Positions 1-10,114 of a stretch of DNA of 15,559 nt are shown piece by piece. The stretch comes from Hormoscilla sp. (lineage in GTDB: Bacteria > Cyanobacteriota > Cyanobacteriia > Cyanobacteriales > Desertifilaceae). A program made the translations under genes and the position numbers. The DNA is taken from contig JBFRWI010000020.1 of the NCBI GenBank assembly GCA_051439505.1, forward strand, positions 1-15,559. The letters are read 5' to 3'. The notes under the pieces are model-generated. The model saw nothing but the letters and a program-made list of their open reading frames with translations. It ran no database searches and was not told the origin of the DNA. Numbering within the stretch: position 1 is the stretch's first letter; each line of letters begins with the position of its first letter.

Positions 1-1
1 C

Positions 2-1336
2 CCCCCCGCCCGTGCTCGCCGGCGCTGCCTCCGCGCCGCACGCCGCCCCCCCCCCGCCCTTCGTCTGGGGGGTGGGGGGCGCATAGGCGGGGCCCGCCAC
101 CAACGGATCCCCCCCGGCCCCCCTTCCAAAGGGGGGAGTAAGAGTTTCTTCGGGGCCCCTCTTTTCTTGGAGTTGTTGAGAAGCGGGATCCCCCCCGGCC
201 CCCCTTCCAAAGGGGGGAGTAAGAGTTTCTTCAGGTGCCCAAGTTAAGGAAGTGGGATCTGCCTCCGGCCCCCCCCTTTCTAAGGGGGGTTGGGGGGGAT
301 CCTCCGGTTCCCTTTCTATTTCCCACTTGACGATAGTCTGGCCACCACTTTCCTCCGGGAAACTCTCCGTTCCCAACTCCGAACTCCGAACTCCGAACTC
401 CGAACTCCCTACGAGGATATAACGACTGTCTGGTGTGAGTGCGACGGCGTAGAATGGTTCGCCATTCTCATTCTCTAGCTCGTGCAGGCATTTTCCTGTC
501 TGGACTTCCCAGATCTGTAATATCCCATCTGCGGTTCCGCTCAGGGCGATGCCCATGTCTGGGCTCAGGCTGACTGCGTAGATGTCTCCTGAGTTGAGTT
601 CTTCCTCTGCTTCGGCGTCCGGCAACCTCTCGGGAAACTCCTTTACTAAGGCTCCGGTTTCCAGTTCCCACAGTTTCACGGTCTGGTCCCTGCTGCCCGA
701 TAGGGCATATTTGCCATCGGCAGAGATCTCTACTGACATGACTTCCTTCTGGTGCCCTGTCATTGTCAACAGGCATTTGCCACTGGCTATGTCCCACAGT
801 TTCAGGCTGCGGTCGAAGCTGCCTGACAGCAGTTGGCTGCCGTCTGGACTCAGGGCTAGGCTCCGCACTGGCCCTTGATGTCCCTCTAAGGTGCGGAGGC
901 ATTTTCCCGTGGCTATGTCCCACTGTTTGATGCTTTTGTCGGTGCTGCCGGAGAAGCCATAGCGACCATCGGCACTCTCACAGACTGCCATTACTGCTCC
1001 GCTATGTCCGATAAATGTTTGCTGGCATTCTCCTGTGGCTTCGATGCCTCCGGGATGCTTCCCAAAAACCCCGGAGGCTTCGATATCCCACCGTTTCATG
1101 GTCTGGTCCCGGCTGCCTGATAGGGCGTACCTACTATCCTGGCTGATGTAGACTGAGTAGATATGGTCTTGATGTCCGACAAATGTTTGCTGGCATTCTC
1201 CAGTGGCGATGTCCCACAGTTTGAGGGTTTTGTCCGTGCTGCCTGATAGGACTTGGCTGCCTGAGGCGCTGACTCTGAGGGTGACGATCTCGCTTCCGTG
1301 ACCCTGGTTAAATTTGGTCCCCTTTCTCACCTTCAT
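2..1336 (-). CDS. WD40-repeat (7-bladed beta-propeller) protein with a Pro/Gly-rich repeat-derived tail; 3'-partial, runs off the window; absent from the supplied ORF track
   Basis: Manual translation from ATG at 1336-1334 gives MKVRKGTKFNQGHGSEIVTLRVSASGSQVLSGSTDKTLKLWDIATGECQQTFVGHQDHIYSV...SGSRDQTMKRWD...SGSTDKSIKQWD...SGSFDRSLKLWD...SGSRDQTVKLWE...SGTADGILQIWE...QTIVKWE. This is seven WD40 repeats, the last two degenerate. There is no stop codon in this frame down to position 2, and AGGAGG lies 5 nt upstream of the ATG. Confidence 0.92.
   Translation of the reverse strand, partial: MKVRKGTKFNQGHGSEIVTLRVSASGSQVLSGSTDKTLKLWDIATGECQQTFVGHQDHIYSVYISQDSRYALSGSRDQTMKRWDIEASGVFGKHPGGIEATGECQQTFIGHSGAVMAVCESADGRYGFSGSTDKSIKQWDIATGKCLRTLEGHQGPVRSLALSPDGSQLLSGSFDRSLKLWDIASGKCLLTMTGHQKEVMSVEISADGKYALSGSRDQTVKLWELETGALVKEFPERLPDAEAEEELNSGDIYAVSLSPDMGIALSGTADGILQIWEVQTGKCLHELENENGEPFYAVALTPDSRYILVGSSEFGVRSSELGTESFPEESGGQTIVKWEIEREPEDPPQPPLERGGPEADPTSLTWAPEETLTPPFGRGAGGDPASQQLQEKRGPEETLTPPFGRGAGGDPLVAGPAYAPPTPQTKGGGGAACGAEAAPASTGGG
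105..232 (+). repeat. Two identical 47-bp direct repeats (105-151 and 186-232) containing a CCCCCC-TTCCAAA-GGGGGG hairpin, a cyanobacterial short dispersed repeat type, inside the WD40 ORF
   Basis: GGATCCCCCCCGGCCCCCCTTCCAAAGGGGGGAGTAAGAGTTTCTTC occurs twice, 81 bp apart (in frame). Both copies fall within the repeated peptide PEETLTPPFGRGAGGDP on the minus strand. Confidence 0.85.
269..302 (-). repeat. Third copy of the same C/G hairpin repeat family, in the opposite orientation
   Basis: The minus strand reads GGATCCCCCCCAACCCCCCTTAGAAAGGGGGGGG, matching the GGATCCCCCCC-NN-CCCCCCTT-NN-AAAGGGGGG pattern of the 105 and 186 copies. It is translated in frame as DPPQPPLERGG. Confidence 0.75.
375..409 (+). 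repeat. Heptamer tandem repeat (AACTCCG)x5, STRR-like, within WD40 repeat 7
   Basis: AACTCCG occurs at 375, 382, 389 and 396, and AACTCCC at 403. It is translated in the WD40 frame as GSSEFGVRSSEL. Confidence 0.85.
1037..1084. repeat. Small palindromic insertion flanked by 9-bp direct repeats, in frame within the WD40 gene
   Basis: GGCTTCGAT occurs at 1037-1045 and 1076-1084 (39 bp apart). The stem is GCCTCCGGG (1046-1054) / CCCGGAGGC (1070-1078). The protein reads WDIEASGVFGKHPGGIEATGEC versus WDIATGEC in the neighbouring repeat. Confidence 0.8.
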
Positions 1337-1341
1337 TTCTT

Positions 1342-1347
1342 CCTCCT
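1342..1347 (-). promoter_or_regulatory. Ribosome-binding site (AGGAGG) of the WD40 gene
   Basis: Plus-strand CCTCCT reads AGGAGG on the minus strand. It lies 5 nt before ATG 1336, in the 28-bp gap after the upstream stop codon. Confidence 0.75.
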
Positions 1348-1364
1348 ACTCTTCGTCCCCTGGT

Positions 1365-4300
1365 TTACATCAGCCGCTGGATGCTGGCTATGGCTTCACT
1401 ACAATAACTGTCGTTAGGATTGAGTTCCAAGGCTTTTGCAAAGCTAGCAAGGGCTTCCTGGTAGCGTGCTAGGCTCATTAAGGCTTGGCCGCGCCCCCTC
1501 CAAGAGTAACAGTAGTCTTGCTTGAGTTCCAGGGCTTTGTCATAGCTAGCAATTGCCTCTTCGTACCGCCTTAGTTTAGAGAGTGCATCTCCCCGTTTTC
1601 TCCAAGCAGCATAGAAGTCCGGTTTGATTTCTAAAGCTTTGTCATAGCTATCAAGTGCTTCTTCGTTGCGGTTGAGGTTATAGAGCAGCACATTCCCCCG
1701 TTCTGCCCAAGCACCATAGTGCTTCGGTTCTGCTTCTAGAGCTTTATCATAGCTAGCGATTGCTTCTTCGTTGCGATCGAGGTTAAGTAGAGCAAAACCT
1801 CGCCTGTACCACGCAGGGAAATCATTATCTTTGATAGCGATCGCCTTATCGAGGCTTGCAATGACTTTTTCATAGCGTCCTAATCTTATTAAGATATCAC
1901 TTCTGCGGTTCCAAATATTGTATTCATCTGGCTTGGCGGACATTGCCAGATTATAGCTAGCCATTGGAGTTCTCCCGCAGCCTAAGTCTCGAAGTGCATC
2001 TCCCAGACTGTGCCAAGCCTCGCCAAGTGCATCCTGCTGCCAGTCCCAAGCTATATCGTCATCAGGCTTAACTTCTAAAGCCTTGTCGTAGCTAGCCAGC
2101 GCCTCCTCGTTACGCCCTAATGCATGGAGCACTTGACCCCGCCAATACCAAGCATCGTAATAATTAGGGTTGATGTTTACAGCCCTGCAAAAGCTACCCA
2201 AGGCTTCTATTTTGCGGTCTAGATGGTATAGGGCATAACCTCGCCAATACCAAGTAGCGTAGTCATCTGAATTCAAATTACAAAGAATATCATACCGCCC
2301 GAAAAGGGCATCCTTATTATTTGGTTCTGCTTCTAAAGCTTTGTCAAAGCTGGCTAGAGCTTCATCCCAGTGATTTAACTTGCGAAGCGCCTCGCCCCGT
2401 CCATACCAAGCTCCATAGCCGTTAGGCTGAAGTTTAATTCCCCTGTCATAGCTAGCAACTGCATCCGAGTATCGATCGCAACGTCTAAGCCAACCGCCTC
2501 GCAAACACCAAGCATCATAGTCATCTGCCTTAATTTCTAGGGCTTTGTCAATGCTAGCAATAGCTTCGTCTAAGCGTTCCATCTCTGCCAGTCCGACAGC
2601 CAAATTTTGCCAAGTCTCGCAGTCACGGGGGGGGTTTAGAGAACAAAGTGCCTCATTCCGATATATATTTGTCCTCGATACAAAATCCTCATCTGATGAA
2701 CCGTATTCAATAGCTTTGTCGTAACTTGCGATCGCATCTGAATAGCATTTTAGTTGGAAAAGCGCCTGCCCTCTTTCTTGCCAACTACTATAACTATCCG
2801 GTGAAATTTCAATAATTTTGTTATAGCTCTCAATTGCTTCTGCATATTTTTTTTGCTTACAAAGTACCCCGGCTTTCCCATGCAAAGCATCTTTGTAATT
2901 GGGATTTACTTCTATGGCACGGTTATAGCTATCCAACGCTTCTGATAATTTTCCTAATTTTACAAACGCATCACCTCTTAGAGACCATACTACATCCCTA
3001 TCATAGCCAATTTGGATAGCTTTTTCATAGCTTGTAATTGCTTCTTCATAACGCCCTAAGAATGCAAAAAACCATCCTATAAAACCCCAAGAATCATCAC
3101 TATCACTCTCTGGAGGATTGGCTAAAATTGCTTTTTTATAGCTTTCAATTCCTTCTTCATAACGCTCTAAAGCGCCTAATGCATATCCTCTCCAATACCA
3201 AGCATCATAATTATTGTCCTTTGCTATAATAGCCTGGTCTAAGTTCTTAATTGCTTCTTCACATTCTCTGAGTTGACAAAGTGCATTACCCTTCCCATAC
3301 CAAGCATCGTAGTTATTATGCTTGGCTTCGATCGCCTTGTCATATTTAGCGATCGCTTCTTGCCATCGACCTTGAAGGCGAAGTGCCTCCCCTTGTGCAA
3401 GCCATGCCTTGTATTCTACCTCATTACTGGAGGAGCGAACAACACGCCTCCTAGAAACCTTTTTCAGTGACTGTTTTAGTATATGTAGTAAAATCGACTG
3501 CTCTTGCTGCCAATTTTCCTGTATGGAACCAAACTTTCCTGGGGAGTTACACATCCGATCGTAAGCTATCTGTATCCCCTCATCTTGTGCTATAGTCAGA
3601 AAAGCCAAACGCGCCACTTTCGGATCTTGGTAAAGTAGTTGCAATGAATTATCGAAGCCCTCGGAGAGGATCTCCGCTCTAGACCCAAGGTTGAAAAGCC
3701 TATTGAAATCCAATTGAGAGAGATTGTACTCTCCCATGGCTAGTTTCAAGTTATCATCTTCAGATGGCACTCTATTTTGAGCCCGTTCTTGTTTTGCTAT
3801 TATCAGCCTTTGCAACCCGAGATACTTTTTCCCAACCCAGGCGACGGTATGCGCTACCTGGTCTGGACTTTCCAACTGCTGTTCTTTGGCAAGGCTAGCA
3901 AAAGCATCTGCATGGCGACCTAGTTTATGTAGCGTAACGCTCTGTTCTATCCAGACATTATCGTTACTTAGATCTCGTTCCAGCGCTTTCTTGTAGAACT
4001 CTAGGGCTTTTTCGTAGCGACCCTGGTTATGCTGGACAACTCCGCGAATTTCCCAAGACTCGGAGTGCTGACGCTTGAGCATTTCTGCCAAACGATCGAA
4101 CCCTGGTAGATTAACCTGATATAGTTCTAGAAGTTCTAATAACTCTAGGGCTACATGACGCAACCAACCGATAGGCGGATCTTTCTCATCCAGGATTTGC
4201 TTTATTTCCGCCAAACCACGCTCTGTTTCTCCCAACAGAATAGTGCAAAGCGCTCTATGCCACTTATCTAAGGGAGTGTTCCCTTTTGATGAGGCTAGAC

Positions 4301-7300
4301 TCTGTTGCCAATAATCTCTGGCTATATCTGCTTGTCCTCCCAGGATGCTCCTTATACCCAACCAGTAAAAAGTATGATCTAGATCTTCAGAATCTCCTTG
4401 ATTCTCAAAAATTCTATAGAATTCTTGGAAAGCATGTTCTGCTTGGCTCAAATCTCTTTCCCACAGGTACAGTTTGCCATACCATAACCGTATACGCCAA
4501 TCGGTCCGGTAAAGTTCGATCGCAAAGTTAAGTACCTCCCTTGCTTTATCGTACTCACCGAATCTCATATGCAACATCACATTATAGTTAATAAGCCACA
4601 TCGACTGCTCTTCACCCACCTTCGCTTTGTTGATGTCATTGAGAGCGCTATCATAGTCGCAAAGGTAAATATATGCTAAGATGCGATATAGCCTCAGCCG
4701 TGCTATGTCTTCCTTTTTTACAGCACTGCTTAATGCCTGGTTGATATGAGCGAGAGCTTGCTCGAAGTCATGTAGGTTAATATGTATCTCACCAAGCCCC
4801 TCGTGAGCTAATCTGTAGTTGGGGTCAAGCTTCAGCGCTTGCTGGTAGGCATCTTTAGCTCGGTTAAGGTCGCCCTGGGAGAGTACATCCCCTAAGCCAT
4901 AATAGTTATAGGGTTTTTCTGGTTCAATCTCAATAGCACGTTGGCATTCTTGTATCCCATCGTCGTATCGTTTTAATTCCTTATATGCAAATCCGCGATA
5001 AACATAGTAAGCCCCATTTTCTGGGTGCAGCTCTATTGCATGATTAAAGATAGAGAGTGATTCATGCAATTCTGCCTGAGATTCCGCTTGCTTATTGAGG
5101 GCTAGCCATCCCACATCCGCGATCGCCTCTGCTAAATATTCGCGCAAGACTTTCGCCTCTTCCGGTACGCACTGCTTGGCTTCCAGATACTTGGACAGAG
5201 CCTCTGGGTATCGTTCCTGGTTGAAGAGTAAAACACCGCGCCACCTCAACGCCATCGCCACCCACTCTTTTTTTCCCGGTTCCCGGTTGATTAGGGGATC
5301 CAACTCATCCAGCAGGCGAGATGAATCTTCTGGAGTAGCAGAAGAAGCTAACCCCTGCTGGAAAAGCTGCAACCGAGTCCCATTTTGTCTGGTAACTGTA
5401 AATGGCTCCGCAATTTCCAAGAGACTACGCGCCCAATTTTTATTGTATAACCAACCTTCTACCAAATGGGGAATCAGATACTCCCAGCCCTCGTCTTCGC
5501 CCATCCAGAAGGAATGGTGCGCCAGATCGGCTATTACTTCCTGGACTTCTTCCTTCTCCAGACGCTTATCTGCGCTAGTCAAGCCCTCGGTTAACTCAGA
5601 CAGTCGGTTTTGCAAATATACTAGCGCCCGCCTGTTAATTTCCTGCACCATTTCATCGGTACGCTGCGCTGGATCCAGCAAATATTGCTTCAGGAAATAA
5701 TCAAATTTATTATTTAGTTCCAGTCTTTCTGGCAAAATTACAGAAGGATAGCGTTCGTAAAGCTCTTGCACTCTCCCCTGCACATCTGTCACCTCCAGCA
5801 CCGCCTGCAATAATCCCTCATCCCAGCGACGCATCATCCCCATCGCGTACACCGCCAGCAAATCTTTCTTATCTTCCTTATCCTGGAGGCAGTGAACCAA
5901 AAATCGTTCGCAGATCTCGTCAACCACCCGCTGATAAGGAGTCTTCTTCTGAGGATCGCTAACCTTAGGAAGGGGATGGGCAATAACTTCCAGGTTTACC
6001 CCCTCGCGCCACATAGAGGCGGCCTTGTTGACCACAAAGGGAATACCCAGGCTGAATTTGGCGATTTCCTCAGCGTCTTTTTCCTTCAGGGGTCGTTCCG
6101 GGACGAACTGTTTAAAATAGGTAATGATGTTATCCCGGTTAAACTCGCTCAGTTCCTTGGCGAACAGGCGCTCTTCGGGGAAGTCCTGGCGATAACCCCG
6201 AAAATAAACCTTCCCACTGCGACTGCTGTCTGCGAGATTGGCCCGTCCGGCAATTAGCCACACAGTCCGACTGCCACTATGCTTAATCACTTCCCGCAGA
6301 GTATAGTCACAGTCTGGGGAGTCGGCCACCTCGTAGGTATCGAAAAAGAGCAGCAGGGGCTTTTTCTGGGACAGTTGAGCAATACCCCTGCCCAGGGCCC
6401 AGGCCAAACAGCGTTCTGACTGTTGATAGACCTCCAGTTCCGCCTCAGTCAAGCGAGACTGCACGAACTGCAAAGCGAGATTAAAAGTTTCCAAGGCTTC
6501 CGGATCCTCCGGTTGACCTTGACGCAGCAACTTAATTATCCCCTCAGCACCCAAACGACCCAGTGAGTTGAGGGAGTCCCTTTCCCCGTGCAGTTCCGGT
6601 TTGGGTTGCAAAGCTTCCTCAATTTTCCTCTTCGCCTCATTCCAGAGATCCTGCTGCTGACGGTACTCCTGGAAATCTTCATTACTCCCCTCCCCGACCA
6701 ATCTCTGATAGATGACCTCCAGAGTAGTATGGGGCTGGATGTTATCGTGTCCTACTTGCAGACCGATGTAGCGGTCTCTTTCCACCTCCCAGTCCAAGAA
6801 CAGAGTCTGGAACTTACCCTCAAAAGGATGTTTGCTGCTATTCTGTTGCAGGCGTCGCAACAGTTGAGTTTTGCCCATACCCCCAACACCGGAAAAGAGA
6901 AAAATATGGGGCAGGTTATCCCCCCCCTGCTGAGGTTCCAGAGACTCCAAAACCCCTGCCAACTTTTCCTGTTCCTGGAGGCGTCCGAGAAAAACTGATT
7001 TATGGGCGCTCAGGGGACGGGGCAAAACCTCCTCGGTAAAGACCTGCTCGTAAATGGGATTATAGATCTTCAGATAGCTTCCCCGCTTGACCACCAAACC
7101 CGTCAGGCGAAACTCCAGTTGTTCGGGACTGTCCTGAGCGAGTAATTGTCCCTGCTCTCGCAGATCGCGATACAGTGATAAAAGCCGAGAGGAATTCGGG
7201 CTTTTCATGATGCGGTCTCGGATCGTCTGCAAATGTATGGGCTTATCTTGCTCTTCCCAGTCCCCAAGGATCTTGGTTTGCACCAACTGTTTCACCCGTT

Positions 7301-8117
7301 CCTCTTCCCTGCCTGGGGGAATAGGATCTGAAACCTTGGACAGCAGGAGACAAAGTTTTTGAGTCAGGAAAGGTTGACCCCCGGTCCACTTTAACACCTC
7401 ATCCAGTATTTTTTGGGGATTGTCGGAAATTCCTGACAACCCCCTCTGCAAGGGTTCCGTGTCCTTTAATTCAAAACCGGTCAATTCGATCGCCTGGCCG
7501 ATATTGAAAGGACTGTTAGCCTTATCTTGAATCAGGTCGTAGGGACTGGCGACCCCCAACATGGCAAAAGTGAGTCGCCCATAGGCAGCATTGCCAGCTC
7601 TTCTGTTATAGCAAGCCTTAATTTGGGCAAAAAAGTCATCTCTGTTAAAGCCTTGCAAGCTGAGGAGGTTATCGATCTCATCTATAAATAAAACTATATT
7701 AGCATCGAGCAACTGTAGCAGGACATCTTCAAAAAACTTGCTGAGTCTTTGGGGATAAGACAGAACCTTGTGTTCGGACCACCAGATCTCCAGATCGAAC
7801 CGGTCATCAATATCCAGATTGACGCTGCTCGCGATACTGTCTATTAAGCCCAGATAAAATTCCTGGGGAGTAGCATTTCTGCCAATTTCGGTAATATCAA
7901 CCCAACCGCAGACCAAACCGTCAGTTTCCAGTCGCTGTTTAGTCCGCCACCCCAAGCTGGACTTACCCATCTGCCTGGTGTTGAACACGTAACAGAATTG
8001 GCCGGACTTTAAACCTGCGTAGAGCTCATCATCAGCCTGTCGTTGCACGTAGGTGAGGGCACCTTCCTCTAGGCTACCACCGACTTGGTATTTGTAATTT
8101 AGGGGTGTGTCGTTCAT
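1365..8117 (-). CDS. 2250-aa AAA_35-like NTPase + STAND/AAA_16-like NTPase + helical region + large tetratricopeptide-repeat array
   Basis: The N-terminus has YQVGGSL...[11 protein letters not shown], Walker A-like [11 protein letters not shown], Walker [15 protein letters not shown] and [13 protein letters not shown] (cyanobacterial AAA_35). A second module has [25 protein letters not shown] and SLGIPF. The C-terminal part has many TPR units of the type [22 protein letters not shown]. Confidence 0.93.
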   Translation of the reverse strand: MNDTPLNYKYQVGGSLEEGALTYVQRQADDELYAGLKSGQFCYVFNTRQMGKSSLGWRTKQRLETDGLVCGWVDITEIGRNATPQEFYLGLIDSIASSVNLDIDDRFDLEIWWSEHKVLSYPQRLSKFFEDVLLQLLDANIVLFIDEIDNLLSLQGFNRDDFFAQIKACYNRRAGNAAYGRLTFAMLGVASPYDLIQDKANSPFNIGQAIELTGFELKDTEPLQRGLSGISDNPQKILDEVLKWTGGQPFLTQKLCLLLSKVSDPIPPGREEERVKQLVQTKILGDWEEQDKPIHLQTIRDRIMKSPNSSRLLSLYRDLREQGQLLAQDSPEQLEFRLTGLVVKRGSYLKIYNPIYEQVFTEEVLPRPLSAHKSVFLGRLQEQEKLAGVLESLEPQQGGDNLPHIFLFSGVGGMGKTQLLRRLQQNSSKHPFEGKFQTLFLDWEVERDRYIGLQVGHDNIQPHTTLEVIYQRLVGEGSNEDFQEYRQQQDLWNEAKRKIEEALQPKPELHGERDSLNSLGRLGAEGIIKLLRQGQPEDPEALETFNLALQFVQSRLTEAELEVYQQSERCLAWALGRGIAQLSQKKPLLLFFDTYEVADSPDCDYTLREVIKHSGSRTVWLIAGRANLADSSRSGKVYFRGYRQDFPEERLFAKELSEFNRDNIITYFKQFVPERPLKEKDAEEIAKFSLGIPFVVNKAASMWREGVNLEVIAHPLPKVSDPQKKTPYQRVVDEICERFLVHCLQDKEDKKDLLAVYAMGMMRRWDEGLLQAVLEVTDVQGRVQELYERYPSVILPERLELNNKFDYFLKQYLLDPAQRTDEMVQEINRRALVYLQNRLSELTEGLTSADKRLEKEEVQEVIADLAHHSFWMGEDEGWEYLIPHLVEGWLYNKNWARSLLEIAEPFTVTRQNGTRLQLFQQGLASSATPEDSSRLLDELDPLINREPGKKEWVAMALRWRGVLLFNQERYPEALSKYLEAKQCVPEEAKVLREYLAEAIADVGWLALNKQAESQAELHESLSIFNHAIELHPENGAYYVYRGFAYKELKRYDDGIQECQRAIEIEPEKPYNYYGLGDVLSQGDLNRAKDAYQQALKLDPNYRLAHEGLGEIHINLHDFEQALAHINQALSSAVKKEDIARLRLYRILAYIYLCDYDSALNDINKAKVGEEQSMWLINYNVMLHMRFGEYDKAREVLNFAIELYRTDWRIRLWYGKLYLWERDLSQAEHAFQEFYRIFENQGDSEDLDHTFYWLGIRSILGGQADIARDYWQQSLASSKGNTPLDKWHRALCTILLGETERGLAEIKQILDEKDPPIGWLRHVALELLELLELYQVNLPGFDRLAEMLKRQHSESWEIRGVVQHNQGRYEKALEFYKKALERDLSNDNVWIEQSVTLHKLGRHADAFASLAKEQQLESPDQVAHTVAWVGKKYLGLQRLIIAKQERAQNRVPSEDDNLKLAMGEYNLSQLDFNRLFNLGSRAEILSEGFDNSLQLLYQDPKVARLAFLTIAQDEGIQIAYDRMCNSPGKFGSIQENWQQEQSILLHILKQSLKKVSRRRVVRSSSNEVEYKAWLAQGEALRLQGRWQEAIAKYDKAIEAKHNNYDAWYGKGNALCQLRECEEAIKNLDQAIIAKDNNYDAWYWRGYALGALERYEEGIESYKKAILANPPESDSDDSWGFIGWFFAFLGRYEEAITSYEKAIQIGYDRDVVWSLRGDAFVKLGKLSEALDSYNRAIEVNPNYKDALHGKAGVLCKQKKYAEAIESYNKIIEISPDSYSSWQERGQALFQLKCYSDAIASYDKAIEYGSSDEDFVSRTNIYRNEALCSLNPPRDCETWQNLAVGLAEMERLDEAIASIDKALEIKADDYDAWCLRGGWLRRCDRYSDAVASYDRGIKLQPNGYGAWYGRGEALRKLNHWDEALASFDKALEAEPNNKDALFGRYDILCNLNSDDYATWYWRGYALYHLDRKIEALGSFCRAVNINPNYYDAWYWRGQVLHALGRNEEALASYDKALEVKPDDDIAWDWQQDALGEAWHSLGDALRDLGCGRTPMASYNLAMSAKPDEYNIWNRRSDILIRLGRYEKVIASLDKAIAIKDNDFPAWYRRGFALLNLDRNEEAIASYDKALEAEPKHYGAWAERGNVLLYNLNRNEEALDSYDKALEIKPDFYAAWRKRGDALSKLRRYEEAIASYDKALELKQDYCYSWRGRGQALMSLARYQEALASFAKALELNPNDSYCSEAIASIQRLM

Positions 8118-10102
8118 TTGTCAACTCCTAAACGATAACGATGGCCAAAATATTGACGATACAAACCGCAAGCGGGAATCACCGCATTGCCCTGAAACTT
8201 AACTAGGCCCCTACTAGCGAGATTAAAAGCCTCTTCGGTCTGAATTTCTACCGGTCCCTTAGCGGAGAGCACCTGTTGGAATTCTACCTTAGTTTGGGGA
8301 TGTTTTTCCAAATAAGTTAAGTGGCGGCGGAGAATGTGAGAGTAGTCACCTGCTTCCGTGGGGGCCATTTCCAATAGTACACTCAAAGTTTTCCGTCCCC
8401 GGGCGATTTCATAGAGACCCAACCTGATCATATAGGGATGACCGCCTACCATAGCCATAAGTTGGTCTAGCTGCTCGGTTGACCAGTCCAACCCGTGCCT
8501 GTTAACTAAATCCATCACCTGGGTCCGGTCCAGTTCTGGCAGTTGGATGGGAAGTCCGACGTTAAAGGGGGACTGGTTAATGTTTTCCTGAGAAATGTAG
8601 ACCTCCTTAGAATGGACGATTATCAACCGGAGCTTCTGCCATAGTACTTCATTTTTGCCCCGTTCGTGTAAGGCTCTGAGGATCGCAAAAAAATCCGTTG
8701 CGATTTCCGCAGCATCGAAAACCCGGTCCACTTCATCCAATGCTAGCACTACGGGGCTAGGAATTTTGGCCAATACATATTTCTTAATATAGTTGATACA
8801 TTTTTTATTGCTGCCCAGGGCACTGCGCCAATGGTCATCTACCCTAGCTTCCAAGTCTAACCCGTCTCTAAGCTCTTCGCAGAGCCAGCGCAAGAATCGA
8901 TCTATATTATGTAGAGCATCTCTATCTGCCTCTCCAATGGATATATTGGCGGTCCGATAGCCCTGACCTTCAGCATGAAAGAGAATCCGCATCAATAAGG
9001 AAGATTTGCCCATTTCTCTAGGTGCCTTGATCCGGATCATAGCACCGGGTCTGACAATTGTCTCGTAACAGTCTGATTCTATGGGAGGGCGTTCTATATA
9101 AAAAGGTGAGTCCAGAGGCACTTGACCTTTAGGCTCCTCCAAATCTGGTGTTAACTTAATTGTCGGCGATATGGGGCGAGGGCCATTTTGCTGAGGTTGC
9201 GTCTTGCCTCCGGACTGATTATATCCTACAGGCTCGAAAGGCTCCGAAACCTCCGAAACAGTTGGTAATGCTTGTAATGCTGCCAAAGCTTCAGATCCAT
9301 CTTGGTAGCGATCGCGAAAATCATAGCGTACCATCTTATTCAAGAAACTGGCCAATTCGTCGCTTACCTGGGCCCTTTTTTGCCAAATCACTTCTTTGTT
9401 CGAGCCAGTTTTAAACTTTCTCGGTTTCACGCCGGTCAAAGCTTCAATAGCAGTCATGCCCAAAGCATAGAGGTCAGTGCTATATTGAGCATTACAGGTT
9501 TGCTGCTCAAAGGGGGCATAACCGGGAGTGATAATCACGGCCAGGGAAATACGGGTAGTAACGGGTTCGCCATCAGGACCTATTTCCATACTAGCCACTT
9601 CTTTGACCGCCCCAAAGTCGATCAGCACCAAGCCCCCGGACTGCGATCGCATGATATTAGCGGGCTTAATATCGCGGTGAATAACATTATTTTGATGGAC
9701 AAAAGCGAGAATTTCCAGGACTTCAGCCAAGAGTTGACGGACCTGGGGTTCGGTCCAGGGATGGCCCGGTTTAATTTCCTGGCTGAGGTCGTGACCGGGA
9801 ATCAATTCCTGAACCAGATAAAAATGTTGACCTTCTTCAAAGTAGGCATAGAGTTGAGGAATTTTGTCGCTTTCGGTGCCCAGTCTTTGTAAGACCCTAG
9901 CTTCTCTACGGAACAGCTCGATAATGCCTCTTTCTCGGCGTATTCTAGGTTTGAGCCGCTTGACAACGCATTCCCGCTCGTCTGGGAGGTCCAAGTCTGC
10001 CGCTAAATAGGTTTCCCCCATGCCGCCCTCAGTGGACCCCAATTTCCGGAGGATTTTGTAGCGCTGTCGCACTGTCTTCCCAATGATGTTGTTACCAAAC
10101 AT
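8114..10102 (-). CDS. Hanks-type Ser/Thr protein kinase fused to a C-terminal AAA_35-like P-loop domain
   Basis: Kinase motifs are [41 protein letters not shown] and DLYALG. A Pro-rich linker follows, then [41 protein letters not shown] and VGGHPY. The stop codon overlaps the next start (ATGA, 8117-8114). Confidence 0.94.
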   Translation of the reverse strand: MFGNNIIGKTVRQRYKILRKLGSTEGGMGETYLAADLDLPDERECVVKRLKPRIRRERGIIELFRREARVLQRLGTESDKIPQLYAYFEEGQHFYLVQELIPGHDLSQEIKPGHPWTEPQVRQLLAEVLEILAFVHQNNVIHRDIKPANIMRSQSGGLVLIDFGAVKEVASMEIGPDGEPVTTRISLAVIITPGYAPFEQQTCNAQYSTDLYALGMTAIEALTGVKPRKFKTGSNKEVIWQKRAQVSDELASFLNKMVRYDFRDRYQDGSEALAALQALPTVSEVSEPFEPVGYNQSGGKTQPQQNGPRPISPTIKLTPDLEEPKGQVPLDSPFYIERPPIESDCYETIVRPGAMIRIKAPREMGKSSLLMRILFHAEGQGYRTANISIGEADRDALHNIDRFLRWLCEELRDGLDLEARVDDHWRSALGSNKKCINYIKKYVLAKIPSPVVLALDEVDRVFDAAEIATDFFAILRALHERGKNEVLWQKLRLIIVHSKEVYISQENINQSPFNVGLPIQLPELDRTQVMDLVNRHGLDWSTEQLDQLMAMVGGHPYMIRLGLYEIARGRKTLSVLLEMAPTEAGDYSHILRRHLTYLEKHPQTKVEFQQVLSAKGPVEIQTEEAFNLASRGLVKFQGNAVIPACGLYRQYFGHRYRLGVDK

Positions 10103-10114
10103 AAGTCACTTCGC

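Noticed and set aside
1..104. Extremely GC-rich, homopolymer-rich start of the window
   Set aside because: It looks like low-quality contig-end sequence, so its translation should not be interpreted even though the frame stays open.
290..923. Track ORFs 290..478 (+), 468..923 (-) and 582..878 (+)
   Set aside because: They are antisense or alternative-frame shadows of the real WD40 gene and have no protein-like features.
1365..3400. Diversity-generating retroelement acting on the TPR array
   Set aside because: There is no reverse transcriptase in the window, and I saw no near-identical repeat pair differing only at adenines. TPR units differ at all base types.
2834..9892. Plus-strand ORFs at 2834, 3273, 4286, 5095, 5892, 6588, 9160 and 9302
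   Set aside because: They lie entirely antisense to two long motif-rich genes and have no recognisable motifs or RBS.
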